Part shown: in pieces, positions 11,305-26,354 of the stretch
How the letters are laid out: every line of letters begins with the position of its first letter
Numbering within the stretch: position 1 is the first letter of the stretch
NCBI GenBank assembly: GCA_951406725.2
Contig: OX597828.1
Location: 34,162,001 to 34,226,000, forward strand
Source: Octopus vulgaris
Taxonomy: Eukaryota
Direction of reading: 5' to 3'
DNA: 64,000 bases
Position numbers and translations under genes: made by a program
Notes under the pieces: model-generated
Databases searched by the model: none
What the model was told of the DNA's origin: nothing
Seen by the model: the letters and a program-made list of their open reading frames with translations, nothing else

Positions 11305-11378
11305 GTTTTTGGGATCTGATGATATGCCATAAAGCTAAACCCTTTAGGGACAGGAAACCTAGAGGTTATCCCATAAAC
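11305..11378 (+). ncRNA. Candidate type I hammerhead ribozyme within an inverted repeat (11206-11357)
   Basis: Stem I gtttttgggat/atcccataaac; CTGATGA at 11316; stem II taaag/cttta; GAAA at 11354; stem III acc/ggt; cleavage triplet GTT. Confidence 0.55.
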
Positions 11379-11587
11379 TGGCCTTCTCCATTTTTAATAT
11401 ATACTGCTCTACATCTTAGAGTGTGCTTCTTTCGAATTTATGTTTTCTACAAATGATACACACACACACATTATATATATATACACACATACATATATAT
11501 ACTATATATAGATATACACACACACATACACATATATACTATATACACACACACACACACACACACACATACACATATATACTATAT

Positions 11588-11620
<33 letters not shown>

Positions 11621-12183
11621 CACACACATATATATACATACACACACATACACGCACACATATTACACTATACACACATATATACCCTCGTCTATATTAC
11701 ACCACACGCACACATATGTATACCCTGTATACATACACATGCACGCACGTACACACACACACACACACACATGCACGCACGCACATTCACACTGTAGATG
11801 TACATATTATATACATGTAATAACGAAAGACATGTGAGAGGGACAGATTGTGAGTCATTGTACACAAATGTTTTTCATTGTCATTTTATTTCCTAAGCAC
11901 ATCAATGTTTCACCACCTAAAAAAAAAAAAATTTTTTTTTTAATCCCTAATTCTTTAATAAGAAATACCTCCCCCCCCACCACCACCACCACCACCACCA
12001 CCACTGAATCAAACAGAAACATTGTTCTGTACAAGTGCTGTAGATGAGGAATATCCGAATACGTAATAATTATTCATTATATATACGAGTTACATTTTAG
12101 GCTCTGATGACATAAAAAGCAAAAAAATACATTAAACATTGAGTTTTTATATCCGGAATAGAAAGACAAAAGATTTGTATTAG

Positions 12184-12234
<51 letters not shown>

Positions 12235-14200
12235 CATAAGATTGAAGTTTTAAAGGCAGCGAGAATGAATGAATTAATTGTAATGAATAAAGTGAAATAA
12301 AAGGAAACCATTAAACAACAAAAAGATGAATTGTTAATAACAGGTATTCCGATATATTTTTCATTGTTAGTTGTTATTTTCGTGAGTGAAGTTTTTGTGT
12401 TAATAATTTGGTTCAGAATTACATGCAAGAGATTCCCATTGGGTGAGATTACAAAAGGATGAATGCATGTTCTGTTCATTTCTTTGTATAATATTGTTAT
12501 TGTGGCTTATAGTGGTAGGAAGGCGGGGGAGGGGGGGCGACGAAAAATGAAAAAAAGACACATCTTTCCATTATATTTTAATATTTCAAAAGAGCCAGGA
12601 CATTATCTGAAGGCAGTCTAGGGCATCAACAACTACATTCATTTTCAAAATAACAACAGATACTTTCTAAACGGAGTATAATGAAAACAAAGAACTAAAT
12701 AAAACACACATACAAAGAGGAAGAGTAAAAACATTCAGAAAATGTCTGACCAGATTTTTTTTTTTCAAAAAAATTCTTCACTATATTCTCTACTGTATTA
12801 TTTTTATCATTATCATTTATATTCTAGCTTTTATTTGTTTCAAGCACTGAACTGCGGCCATACTGGGGCACACAACCTGAAGCGGGGTTTTAGCCTAACA
12901 AACTGATCCATCAGAACTGAATTCTTAAATCTGGTACTTGTTCCAATGTCTCTCTTGTCAAACCACTAAGTTCCAGGGACATAAACAAACTAACACTGGT
13001 TGTCAAGCATCTGGTAGGAGGAGGATAATAAACATACAGACATGATGGGCTTCTACACAGTTTCTGTCTACGAAATTCACGCACAAGGTCTTGGTCAGCC
13101 CAGGGCTATAGAAGATTATAGCACATTTTGAACTAAAGTCTTGGGTCAGCCAAAGGCTTACAAGAAGATTTGGTAGGCCGAAACCAAAAGAAGCTCATTG
13201 CATATGTGTATGCATGTGTATTTAGTGTGTTCGTTTAGTGTGTGTGTGTTTAGAATGTGTGTGTTTAGAATGTGTGTATTTAGTGTGTATGTGTGTGTTA
13301 GTGTGTATGTGTGCCCATGTGTGTTTAGTGCATGTGTTTAGAGTGTGTGTGTGTGTGTGTGTTTAGTGTTGACCATGGAGTACTCAATATCACAGTGGAG
13401 ATTAATAACTATTTCAAATTTTTGCCACAAGGGCAGCTGGGGAGGGAGGGATTTGTTGATTACATCGACCCCAGTGTTCAACTGGCACTTAATTTATCGA
13501 CCTTCAAAGGATGAAAGGCAAAGTTGACCTTGGTGGAATTTGAACTCAGAACGTAGTGATGGGCAAAATACCACTAAGCATTTTGCCCGACGTGTTAACG
13601 ATTCTGTCATCTCACCACCTTACAATGGAGATTAATAACATTTTATTATGGTTGAGTTGAACTTGCCTGAAGACCTTGTGCACCCACAGCTGACAGAAAG
13701 AAAGAAAATAAATAAGAATATGTGTATGTGTGTGTAATTTTGCCCTCACGTCGCACAAAGTAAATGGGCAGCACCATCGTACTAGCTGTATCAGTCATTT
13801 TCAATCTACTACAAAAATATGTCAGGCCATGTGCAACCATGTTACCAAGCTTGTGTAAACAGGTGATGGTCAGCGACTGGAACATGTGGCTGAAGAAAAT
13901 CTGCTTCAATGATCCACCCAGGTATGGAAAAGTGAAAATTAATATGATGGTGGTGGTGATGACGATGACAACGATGATGATGATGATGATGATAACAGTG
14001 GTGATGACTATTTAAAAAAAAAAATTGATTACTTATGCAAAATAAATTATCTCTGAGATAAAGCAATGTTTGAAAGATTAACCTCAGAGCAAACTGGGTA
14101 TTGAGGTCATTTAGTGCTACTACTGGTTTTTAACCTTGGACATAGAACTACCATGCTATGATAGTAAGGTGGAGAATTCAAGTACACACACACACACACA

Positions 14201-14232
<32 letters not shown>

Positions 14233-15101
14233 TCCACATACGAACACATATATGAACATGCACACACATAAATATACAAAGAAGAGGCCACCTCTATGTG
14301 GCTTTTTAAACTGCTAGACAGAGAGGCTAAATCCCTTTCCAATTACACCTCACCTCAATGTCTTGGCAAGCCCATCAGATTATGTATCTTTACACAAACC
14401 ATATCTAAAAACAAAAATAAGGAGTGGTAAGCTGTTGATCATTGGCTCAGTCAAAAGGGTCAACTCCACTCAGAGTTAAGATAGTAACACGACACAAACG
14501 AGGTCAAACAGGTTTTTTTTTTTTTTTTATTCGATCTTAAGTATAAGTTAAGTTCACATCTTGCAAAAGTTGTAATAGAATTAATTAACTAATTAAGTCA
14601 TCTCTTCTCCTCACCACCACCACCACCACCATTCCCAAAAGAGGTAATTGAATTAATGAAAAGGGGCAGAGAGGTCATGTTCATTCATTTATTCATTCAT
14701 TCTGTCTTTAGTTGGTGGCAGAGAGGATTAAATCCTGTGGAAAATCTAAAATTAGTAATGATAGAATACATCACCATCATCATCATCATCATCATCATCT
14801 CTCACTACTGTTCTCCTAACTTAACCCCCACCCCTCCCACCCCGCAACCCCCCTACTCGAACACAAACACACTTAGGAATAAACTTGTAACAGCTGGAGC
14901 CAGAAAATTATAGTTCACTGCTTCTCCTTAAATGGACGAAAACCTCCTTCTCCTCACAACAGACAGCTTAATGGAACCCTTAACAATACAAAATCAAATG
15001 GTTGAGATGATGTAGGGATGCACAAAGGTCAGATGTCTATGATAAAGGGATCATTATTTGAACCCCAATGACATCGAATGAGATCAGTTTATATAATTTT
15101 T

Positions 15102-15185
<84 letters not shown>

Positions 15186-15814
15186 CAATAATGATGATGA
15201 TGGTATTCAAATAGCATTCACATGACAAAACTGAACAGAACCCAATACAATTTTCCTGTCTTTTTCTTTTATTTTTGGTTTTTGTTATCCAGTTATATTT
15301 TTTATTATGATTTTTATATACAAAATTCAGATCTGGTGCTCGGAGAAATCCACAATTAAATCAGAATCTGATGCTAAAAATAGAATAGGTGCAATTTTAT
15401 TAATCATCTTCGTTACCAATGGCCAGTGGGACTCAAACTTTTGAATCATGAAAGAGAAAAAGAAAAAAAAAATGAATGCTGAAATATGCTGGTCAATTTC
15501 TCCAGAAATTATTCATAAAATTTTTATGCGCAGGAGTGGCTGTGTGGTAAGTAGCTTACTTACCAACCATATGGTCCCGGGTTCAGTCACACTGCATGGC
15601 ACCTTGGGCAAGTGTCTTCTACTATAGCCTCGAGCCAACCAAAGCCTTGTGAGTGGATTTGGTAGAGAAAAACTGAAAGAAGCCCATCGTGTATATATAT
15701 CTATATATACATATATATACATACATATATAGATATATACATATATGCATTCATACATATATACATACATATATACATACATACATACATACATACATAC
15801 ATACATACATACGA

Positions 15815-16015
15815 CCGCGTGCGTTTCGTTGGCAATTTTCCTTCTCCGTCTTCCCTTCCTTGGACCTTTCCTTTTTCTATGTTTCTGATGAAGAGCTCCG
15901 CTCAAAACGTTAAATCCTCCTTTCTTTCCTTTCCTGAGCGTCCAATAACACTATACTTGTTCCACATCCTCGCGTTGTTGCGTTTTCTCATTGTGTTTTC
16001 ATGTTTGGATTAACT
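15815..16015 (+). mobile_element. Short Penelope/retrozyme-like repeat with a minimal hammerhead motif
   Basis: ttt-CTGATGA-A-GAGC-tcc-GCTC-aAAAC-GTT-aaa at 15882-15914. The downstream ttcctgagcg motif is shared with the copy at 38015-38170. Confidence 0.6.
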
Positions 16016-17173
16016 ATATAGATACATACATATACATATGTATATACATATATATATACATACATACATATATACACATACATACATACACATACATACA
16101 TACATATATAAAATAATGTGGTTGTGTGGGACAGTGGATCATTAAGTGGGTGGATATTGTTCCCCTGGTGGGGGGGGACTTTCAAGGGTGTACTGAAGAA
16201 AAATGGGGTGATAATGGGGTAACAATTCATGTAAAAACAACAAAATAATGAGTTCGTTAAGTCTTAATTGTGAAATACAGCTGCTTTGCATTTGCTTCAG
16301 AAAGAGGTGTATGTTTGTGATGGTTAGTTAGGGTGGGGACACTAAGAATGTGGCCTGGGTGTAAAGGGGGCAGAAATGCCAAAAAGTATGGAAATCACTG
16401 GTGTAGGACACATTCATCTCATCAGATGTTATGAGTAGAGTGAGAAATTCAAGATGTCTTCAAGGTAATGAACCTCTCTTGGTTGGTTTAGGTCACTTGG
16501 TGTACGTATGTAAAAATAGATACATGTATGAATGTTTTAAATATTTTTATTTGAAGCCAAAACAATGCAAATTATAAAAAATTAATAATACATGTTGATG
16601 ATTAGTAATATTACTAGTGCCTTGTATTTCAATATGTAATGGTTAAGACTCCCTTCTTCAGCTTTCAACACCTTTCTACTGTAGCTTTCCTGGAGAAGGG
16701 GTTCTGACCCTGAAATATTGAAATACTAGGTAATAGTAAATAACCATCAACCAGTATTATTAATTTTTTATAACTTTCATTAGTTTGGCTTTTAAAAATA
16801 TCAAAAACATTTATATATATTAGCAACATGTTTGTGGATAATTGATGGGTTGGATGTGGCACTGATGAGAGAGCAATAACTCCTGAAATATTCATATACA
16901 CTCATTTCTTATTTTTCCTTACACCCATTACTTATTTTTCCTATCTTCAATCACATTGTATATGCAATGTAACTTTAAGGTCTGGCTCTGAATTCTAGAG
17001 AAAATCTGTAGAGATAAACTTAAAAATAAGAACATTGCACTCTTAACACAAAAGTAAAGCAAAGTATTCACTTGTAAACCTTTAATATACTTGGTAATAC
17101 ATTAAGGTTGCAAAACGAAATACTATGTGCTTGCTAGCAATTAATATATCAGACAATGCTTCATGAAAACTAT

Positions 17174-17214
<41 letters not shown>

Positions 17215-17241
17215 ACAGACATTGATTAGCTTGTTATTTAA

Positions 17242-17463
17242 CCCTTTACTTACTAATATTTCTGTTCAAATACATTACTTTTGTTTCAATTTGTTTTCAA
17301 AATCATGAAGAATTTGATAGAATAACTTTGTCAGAGCTAAGCTGGTGTTTGGAGCATAAGTAAACATGAAATTTTGAGGGGGAGTTTAATGTAGATCACT
17401 TCACAACAGGAAGTTTTTATTGTAGAACCAAGAACAGTCTCAAGCGGTTTATTGACAAAAGGC
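17242..17463. mobile_element. Decayed piggyBac-type MITE related to 5036-5242
   Basis: TTAA-CCCTTT at the left end, aaaaggc-TTAA at the right end, and internal similarity (aagctggtgtttggagcataa). Confidence 0.7.
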
Positions 17464-17652
17464 TTAAAACAAGACAAACTCAAAGTTGAATAAAACTCAA
17501 TGTCTTCAAAGCAAAGTATTCTATAAAGATCTTAAAAATAATAGTTGATTGTTACAAAAGTGCAATTGTTTCACTCCTACCATGACAAACTTGTGGGAGT
17601 TAAACAACAAAACTTTTGTAGCAATCAACTATTATTTTGAAAATACTTTAAA

Positions 17653-17692
<40 letters not shown>

Positions 17693-19587
17693 CACACACA
17701 TATCTATATACATATATATATATATGAATGTTTGTCAAATAAAAGAAATTTATATAAATATATTTATATAGATGTTTTCTCATATTTTTTTAATGTTTTC
17801 CGTGCATTTTTGTAATGCCAGCATTATGAGTGGAATGGATTCTTTTTTGTTTCTATTTTGGATATTTGTATTATCTGTTAGGACCCGTAGGAAGGTACAT
17901 CTGATGACCCTGCCCTCACACCCACATAAGAGGAAGTGGGCCATGAAGACGGATGGATGAAAAGATGGATTGGATATTTAGAGATTCAAACAGAGATGTA
18001 CATCATGGCAAAGCCTCTCCAGCCTATTTTAGTAGAGATATATACAATGAGGACATTAGATTCCTTATTATTATTATTATTAAAAAAGAAATCATTATTA
18101 TTATTATTATTAAGGCAGCAAGCTGGCAGAATTGTTAGCACGCCAAGCAAAATGCTTAGCGGCATTTCATCTGTCTTTACATTCTGAGTTCAAATTCCAC
18201 CAAGGTTGAATGAGCCTTTCATCCTTTCGGGGATTTTGTCTGTCTTTACATTTTGAACTCAAAGGTTACCGAGGTCATCTTTGCCTTTCAGGATCAACAA
18301 AACAAGTACCTGTAGTGCACTAGGATCTACTTAATTGATCAACCCACCCCCACCAAATTTCAGGCCTTGTGCCTACAATAAAAAGGATTGTTATTATTAT
18401 AATTATGATGGTGATGAAGATGATGTTAAATCTACAGTGCTTTGTGTTCAGTTCCTAACACTGCAACATGTCTTTATCATGGCTCTGTCCACATGGTTCC
18501 ATGGGGGTACCACCATAAGCAGTAATAGCTTAGTAAAATTGGCAAGCATTATTGCTGTTTAACTGGGGGTCAGCACTGAATGATCTGATCAATAATCCAA
18601 TGCTTCCTAGTTTCGATAGCCCATAATTTTTTCCAGATATACCATATTTAGGATTATATTATCCAATGTATGTTTGCATTAGGAATGAAAAATAAAAACA
18701 TCAAAATGAGATTTCAGGGAGACTTAGTTGTTATTTTTAGCAAATCAAATAACCATGTAGAGGCTCTTTTGATGGCTTATAAACCAGTGTTCTATCCAAA
18801 TGGGGTTCTTACACAAATACAGTTAAGTTTAATTTCATGCAATTACACTACAGTTTACAAGACCTATGCTGTGGAAAGTAAACAAATGTAAATACATTTT
18901 CTTATTCTCTTTACACACAGAAGATAAAAGGAAACTGTTCAGACAAATTTCATGGCTGGTTAGTAACTCTTCAGAGAGCAAGCAACCCTCACCCTTCTAC
19001 TTACAAAGAGATCGCCATAACAATCACTGTTTAAATCAATCACAAACCAGTAACTAGCTGTAATGACTAGACTAATGTGTATACTATATGTTGTTGTTGG
19101 TGGTGTGATAATACAGCAATATTACAATATGACATAATCTGAACTAAGACGTGAACTTATGAACATGATCAATAACACAAAGATAAAAACACAGAATATA
19201 AATAAGTACTATTGTTCTCATGAGAGGTTGTGATAACTGGTGATTGCATCACTGCTTCATTTTCACCTTGACTTAAGAGCTTGTAAATGGGTGAATAGAA
19301 CTGTAACTACATACATATACACAAACATAAATGTGTGTGTGTGTTGTATGTATATATGCACACACAAACATACACATATATATTTCTCTGTATTGTGAGT
19401 TTTGTATTTTCTTAGAAATATATTAGTTTAAACCAGATATATTAGTTGTGATAAGGTGAATTCTTTTTTCTTAGAATTTTTTAAACTCAAATAATAGCTT
19501 TTTATTGATTATATACATAGATAAAAGATGAGTAACAATTCCCATATCATTCATCTTAGTCACTCTACCAAGATAATACTGTAGTAC

Positions 19588-19730
19588 ATACAAAGGAGTG
19601 CTGAAAAGGTCCTGGTTTTAAGGGTATCGTGAAAAGCCTGGTTGGAGGTCCAACCTTCCAAGTTCTTCTACCGAGCTTAAAAAAGCTGAAGGACTGCCAC
19701 AATAAGTGCATGAATTTGAGAGGGGAATAT
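19588..19730 (+). mobile_element. Internally deleted mariner-like fragment
   Basis: TIR-like tacaaaggagtgctgaaaaggtcctgg followed by LKKLKDCHNKCMNLRGEY, which resembles a mariner C-terminus. Confidence 0.55.
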
Positions 19731-20411
19731 TCTTTTATTTGTTTCAGTCATTTGACTGCAGCCATACTGGAGCACTGTTGCACTGCCTTTAGTCAAACAA
19801 ATCAACCCCAGTCTCTGTAAGCCTAGTACTTATTCTATCGATCTCTTTGCTGAACCACTAAGTTACGGAGACGTAAACACACCAGCATCAGTTGTCAAGT
19901 GATAGTGGGTGGACAAACACACACACACACATATATACATATATATATACAATGGGCTTTTTTCAGTTTCCCTCAACCAAATCCACTCACAAAGCTTTGG
20001 TCAGTGCGAGGCTATAGTATAAGACACTTGCCCAAGGTGCCACGCAGTGGGACTGAACTTAGAAATTAGAACCATGTTGTTGGTAAGCACTGAACTTAGA
20101 ACCATGTGGTTGGTAAGTTTGGGCATACCAGCTGATGGTTCTTACATCATTTTATATATAGTCACATATAGGCTATACAATCTGCCTCTGATACGGTTCA
20201 GGTATGTGATATTGATAAGTCACGAAAATGGTGAAACATTGATGTCCATCGTTCGTGAATGGGATTTAGGGTGAGCTGTCTCACCAGTCTATGACTGTAA
20301 CTACCAGGTGTTTTAACACCTGACACTCTAAGAGAGCCATCTCCTCTGCATCATTTCACAGCCGACCAGCAAACGAGCAAAGCACATGCATTGTGTGTGT
20401 ATGTGTGTGAA

Positions 20412-20446
<35 letters not shown>

Positions 20447-22418
20447 AAAATGGATCTTGGTCAGAATTTCAAGCTCCGAATTTTCGACTGATTGATTGAC
20501 TATCAGACTCATTGAATTAACATATAAGTGGATGAATATTCCACAGACACATACTTCCTTTTCATATAACTCTCAGGTGGAATTGATAATGACACGGTGT
20601 GTGACAAGGCTCAACGTCTGTATTACAGGTTCAGTATTTTTTCCATCCAGTTTCATTCACAAGATATGGTTTAACCCAAGGATATATAGAACATGATACT
20701 TGCCCAAGATGCTTCCCAACTACATGGTTCCGGGTTCAATCCCACTGCGTAGCACCTTGGGCAAATGTCTTCTACTATAACCTCAGGTTGACCAAAGCCT
20801 TGTGAATAGTTTTAGATGAAAACTGAAAGAAGCCCACTGAGTGTGTGTGAGTGCATGCATACCTATATTTGTCTACACCACCACTTCACAACCGGTGTTG
20901 GTGTGTTTACATCCTTGCAACTTAGTGGTTCAGCAAAAGAACTCAATAGAATAGGTACCAGGCTTTATAAAAAGTAAGTCCTGGGGTTGATTCCTTCAAC
21001 TAAAAATTCTTCACAATGGTGCTCCAGCATGGCCACAGTCAAATGACTGAAACAAGTAAAACATAAGCGATACATAATTTGACACAAAACACACACATGT
21101 ATATATGTGTGTGTGTGTGTGTATGAAATTGTTTGTGAGTATCTATGGGTGTGTGCATGCACTTATATGCAATGTCATAAAAGAGGTCTTTGATTTATTT
21201 TTAGGAAGTTTATCAAGTTCCTCAATATCTCTGTTCTACATCCTTATCACAGTTATTCCTATCAGTATTGATACTCCACAAAGCCACAAGGCCACGATCA
21301 AAAGAATCATTCTCAGTTCACGCTTTGTTACGTATTTTAATCAACAATGGAGGGCAGAAGCGTAAACACAATGTCAGGAAGATATGAACTTGAAACTTTT
21401 ATAAATGGATCTCAATCAGAATTTCAGACCATCAGTAGGCACAGTTGTGTAGTTATGAAGCCTGTTTTTCAACCATGTGGTTTTGGGTTCAATTCCACAC
21501 CACTGCATCTTGAGCAAGAGTTTTCTATAACAGTTCTGGACTGGCTATATATATATATATATGGGAGATGTACTTGCATAGCAAGTGACCTGATCTGAGA
21601 TCGTGAGCTGGAAAAAAAAAATTGCAATGTGGAGGGTGTTTATAATATAATAATTTCATTATTATTATTATAAGCCATTTAAGAAACACACAAAAACCAT
21701 TAGATTCACTTCAGCATTTAAATTTAATTTGTCAAAATATTTTCGTCACTTTGAGACTACGACCTGTTCAGCATGGAATTTTGTCAATGAACAGGTCGCG
21801 ATCTCAAATATTAGAAAGAATTAGGAATGAAGACAGAAACAGGTGCGCTACCACAAAGGAAATACATGGTTACCTAACCTGAAGGAAGTGCAAGAGAAGG
21901 AGAGAGAAAGTGGGAGACATCAGGATAGAGATGGTAGCAAAATGCCAGGCATACACACAAGGGTCAGGGATCAGAATATAAATGGGATGGTTGTTTGAGA
22001 TATAGATGGTGGCAAGGGCATACCTTTGAGGTTTGAATGCCTTAATATAAGTGGCAGGATATTGCAAAGGAAGTGTGATTAAAGAGTGTGAGGGAAGAGG
22101 AGTAGCAAAAACCTGGGTATATATAGAGTCGGGAGGGGGGGGAGCTACCGGATAGCAATGATACAGAGGAACAGGGCCATGAGGACAGGATTGGGGAATG
22201 AGAGCCAGACATAGTGTATGGAGGAGGAAGGGAAAGGATTTGGAGATGTAGGTTGGTTTGTTGGGGTAGGGTGAGTGACAAGTTTTCTTGTTACATGTGG
22301 GTAGAACACACATGTCGGGTGAGGGGCGCCAGCAGAAAGCAATGATACAGTGATACGGGGCCAAGATCACAGGCTTGGGGAGTGGGAGGTAAGCATAGTA
22401 CTTATTATTATTATCATC

Positions 22419-22980
22419 ATTGAGTGTGAGAGCAATGCATGCCATCAAAGTGACACTGGGGTAAAATTTACGAAGTCCAGTATACCCATCATAACTACCC
22501 GGCTGATAAGGGTACACCAGGAGCGTGCATCACAACCATATGTACATGACATAGTGATATGATATCAAGATAAACAGCACATGACCTTGCAGGTGGGGCC
22601 CAGTTAGGGCTTTCTTCAGGTCAAGTAGCCCATCCCTCTCAAAAGGTCATTGAATAAAGGCTGTTTAAGGATGTTGAACAAAACATTCATGTTTCCAGAG
22701 GTGAATTATTCAAACCTCTAAGAATCCCTCTCAACACATGGCTATGATGCTCCCCCACTACTTCTGCTTGTGATCAGAGATGCCCATATCGTCAGCCACT
22801 AAGGGACATGCTCAAATGGTTAAGGTCAAACAACTGACAAGCAAATCTGTGGTATTGAGCAGAATATTTGCTGTAGCCCATCTTTTATACCAAGACAAAA
22901 AACAATGTACATGATAACACTTCCAATCAGTTCAAATCTAAAGCCATGAGAGTCACTGTTTGGTACTACATCAGGGCATT
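22419..22980. mobile_element. About 560-bp non-coding interspersed repeat adjoining (TAA)n; other copies at about 41050-41530, 44716-45001 and 61191-61664 (inverted)
   Basis: Four closely similar copies share blocks such as aagcaaatctgtggtattgagcagaa; their preserved ends abut (TTA)n/(TAA)n. Confidence 0.85.
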
Positions 22981-24457
22981 TATTATTATTATTATTATTT
23001 CCAAAATTCCACTGAGATCAACTTTGCCTTTCATCCTTTCGGGCTCGATAAATTAAGCACCAGTGAAACACGGGGATTAATGTAATTGACTAATCCCCAT
23101 CAATTTCAGGCCTTGTGCCTTTAGTAGAAAGGGTTATTAATATTATTATTATTATTGATTTTGTTCCTTACTCAGGTAAACAATCGTAGACAAACGGTAC
23201 ACGAGACAATGCAAGGACGTAGGAGGAAAATATAGGAAAGTAAACCATATAATTAAATGCAAATTGGGACATAATTACAGATGAGAGACAACTGGCAGGA
23301 GTAGTGGAGGAAGTGGGGGTGGTGGAAAGGATTTATGATTATTATAAGAGGATTTATGTAGGGGGAGGTGTCATTTTTTAAGGGAGAGGGAGGAGTAAGA
23401 TAGGATAGAGGAGGAAAGGGGGAAGTTAAACTATGATGTTCATAAACATACATAATCCTGTGTGTGTGTGTGTGTGTAGACACAGAGTAACACACATACA
23501 TGGTTGCACAGAATCACACATACATATGTTTGTGAATCTACTGAGAAAGAAGAAAGACATGTATAGAAGGTGGAAGTTGCTGACACAGACAGTGACACAC
23601 ATACACACATATTTCTTTATAACACAAAAAAAGGAAACAGTACTCAATACATAAAGTAGAGCCAAATATAATAATGGTTTGAAACATTGACACAAGGCCA
23701 GCAATTTGGGTGGAGGGAGGTTGGTTAATCAATTACATCAACCCTAGTGCTCAACTGGTATTTATTTTATCGACCCTCCCCAAAAGGATCAAAGCCAAAG
23801 TAGACCTCAGCAGCATCTGAACTTAGGAGGTAAAGCTGAAGGAAATGCCACTAAGCATTTTGTCTGGTGTGCTAACGATTCTGCCAGCTCACCACCTTTA
23901 AAACCAAATATAAAAGAATGACTGGGTTTTTAACAACTGTTTACTCCGAGTTTTTGCTTTGCCTCTTTTCATTAGAACATTTCTGTTTCAATAAACTCTT
24001 AGACTAAGGTAGCAAGCTGGCAGAAATGTTAGCATGCCGGGCAAAATGCTTAGCGGATTTTCTTCTGTCTTTACATTCTGAGTTCAAAAACTGCCGAAGT
24101 TGACTTTGCCTTTCATCCTTTCAGGGTCAATAAATTAAGTACCAGTTGCATACTGGGGTTGATCTAATCGACTGGCTCCCTCCTCCAAAATTTTGGGCCT
24201 TGTGCCTAGAGTAGAAAAGGTGGACGTTATGACAATGAAGGTTCTCTTTCTCTGGTACTCTTTTATTCTTTTACTTGTTTCAGTGATTAACCCAACAAAT
24301 CCATTCCACTGCATATATCAAGACCGGTACTTTACTACCTTACCAAGCTCCTCTGGTTGAACCACGATGCTACATGGACATAAACAAACCAACACTGGCA
24401 AGTAGTGGGGTGATGAATACAAACACTACCTTCCCACACATAATATATGATTGGCTT

Positions 24458-24673
24458 CTAAGGCAGCAAGCTGGCAGAATCATTGGCACTCCGGACAAAA
24501 TACCTAGTAGTATTTCGTCTGTCTTTATGTTCGGAGTTCAAATTCTGCCAAGATCGACTTTCCCTTTCATCCTTTTGGGATCGATAAATTAAGTACCAGT
24601 TGCATACTGGGGTCAATCTAATCGACTGGCCCCCTCTCCAAAAATTTTGGGCCTTGTGCCTAGGGTAGAAAAC
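24458..24673 (+). mobile_element. tRNA-derived SINE family B with 16-bp TSD. Others at about 13415-13622(-), 18112-18390, 23000-23135, 23680-23898(-), 24006-24220, 32060-32272(-), 33410-33612(-), 54550-54700(-) and 60905-61112(-)
   Basis: Head aaggcagcaagctggcagaa, B-box-like gagttcaaatt, core gactttgcctttcatcctttcggggtcgataaa. TSD aatatatgattggctt at 24442-24457 and 24674-24689. Confidence 0.9.
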
Positions 24674-25003
24674 AATATATGATTGGCTTATGGTACTGAA
24701 CTCAACATGTGTTTTTTTCATTCTCTCTCTATTTATTTCTTCTTATACCATTCTGCCAAAGAGTGTAAGCTCAAAATGTAAAAGACTTCTCCATTTTTCC
24801 CCGGCATCAAACTAATACACCTGCATGTTGTTCATACACCTGTCTTCATCTTTGTGTGGTAAGTAGCTTGCTTACCAGCCACATGGTTCCAGGTTCAGTC
24901 CAACTGTGTGGCACTTTGGGCAAGTGTCTTCTACTATAGCCTTGGGCCAACCAAAGCCTTGTGAGTGGATTTGGTAGACAGAAACTGAAAGAAGCCCATC
25001 ATA

Positions 25004-25041
<38 letters not shown>

Positions 25042-25679
25042 AAAAAGCACCATCCGATCAGGGTCAATACTAGCTCCTCTGGCCCCTGTGCCAGTGGCAT
25101 GTAAAAAGCACCCACTACACTCTCGGAGTGGTTGGCATTAGGAAGGGCATCCATCTGTAGAAACACTGCCAGATCAGATTGAACCCTGGTGCAGCCTCCT
25201 GGCTTCCCAGACCCCAGTCAAACCTTCCAACCCATGCCAGCATGGAAAACAGATGTTAAACGATGATGAACATGATGACAACGATGATGATGACGATGTA
25301 TGTGTTTGTGTGTCTGTGTTTGTCCTCCACAATAGCTTGACATCCGATGGTGGCGTGTCTACGTCCCCGTAACTTAGCGGTTCGGCAAAAGAGATTGATA
25401 GAATAAGTACTAGGCTTACAAAGAATAAGTCCTGGGGTCAATTTGTTCGACTAAAGGTGGTGCTCCAGCAAAATGACTGGAACAAATAAAAGAATAAAAG
25501 AATATATATATATATATATATACAACAACAATTGAGGAACGACCACAATAGGCCGTTTGACCCACTAGAAAGAGCAGCCAGGGCTCCAACCGCAAATAGT
25601 AGTAATTCCGAAATTTAAGGAAAAATAAAAAAACATTTACCCTATTCATCTTTAGACAATGCATTGTTTCGGCATTTTA

Positions 25680-25713
<34 letters not shown>

Positions 25714-26354
25714 ATCATCATCATCGTTTAGTGGACGCTAAACAATGATGATGATGATATATATATATATACATATATAAAATGATATGTAAAAGTAAGA
25801 TTTAAGGATCCAAGTGTAGGAAGTTAGTAAACTTCAAGCAGTCTATAGAAGGTGTAAAAACAACTTCCAGGGACAATAGTGGTTTATTGGCAGAGAGGGT
25901 CGTAAATTTCTCCCTTATGGAAGTTTGATAAGCTGAAATAAGTTATTTTATAGTTCATGGTTAGCAACTGGAGACAATATACACACACATACATGTTTAT
26001 ATATATACACACACACACTGATAGATAGACAGATATATGACAGATAAGATAGATTGATACGTATAGTGATAAAGCAGATACATGGACAATTATAGAAAAT
26101 TAATTTACTGATCTCGGTATATTATTGGTATTTTGTTTCCCTGGTTACTATGAATAAAGTGCCGACCGAAGCCAAATGAGAGCTCAAGGATTAACCAGGA
26201 TAATCTAAATACTGAAAGTCATTTAATCTATTGTTCTAACATTTTAGCCAACTCACTAACATACCTATAATAAATAAATATTTTGGGTGAGAGTGGGGGT
26301 GGGGGAAAGCAAGAAAAAGTCAACAAATAATCATTTATATTTATATTATATATA

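Noticed and set aside
21105-21435. Possible extra DSTYK exon or nested gene
   Set aside because: Minus-strand frames hit stops, no convincing splice pair, and no recognisable homology.
21870-22517. 215-aa minus-strand ORF
   Set aside because: Runs across two unrelated repeats, is pyrimidine-biased and has no domain motifs.
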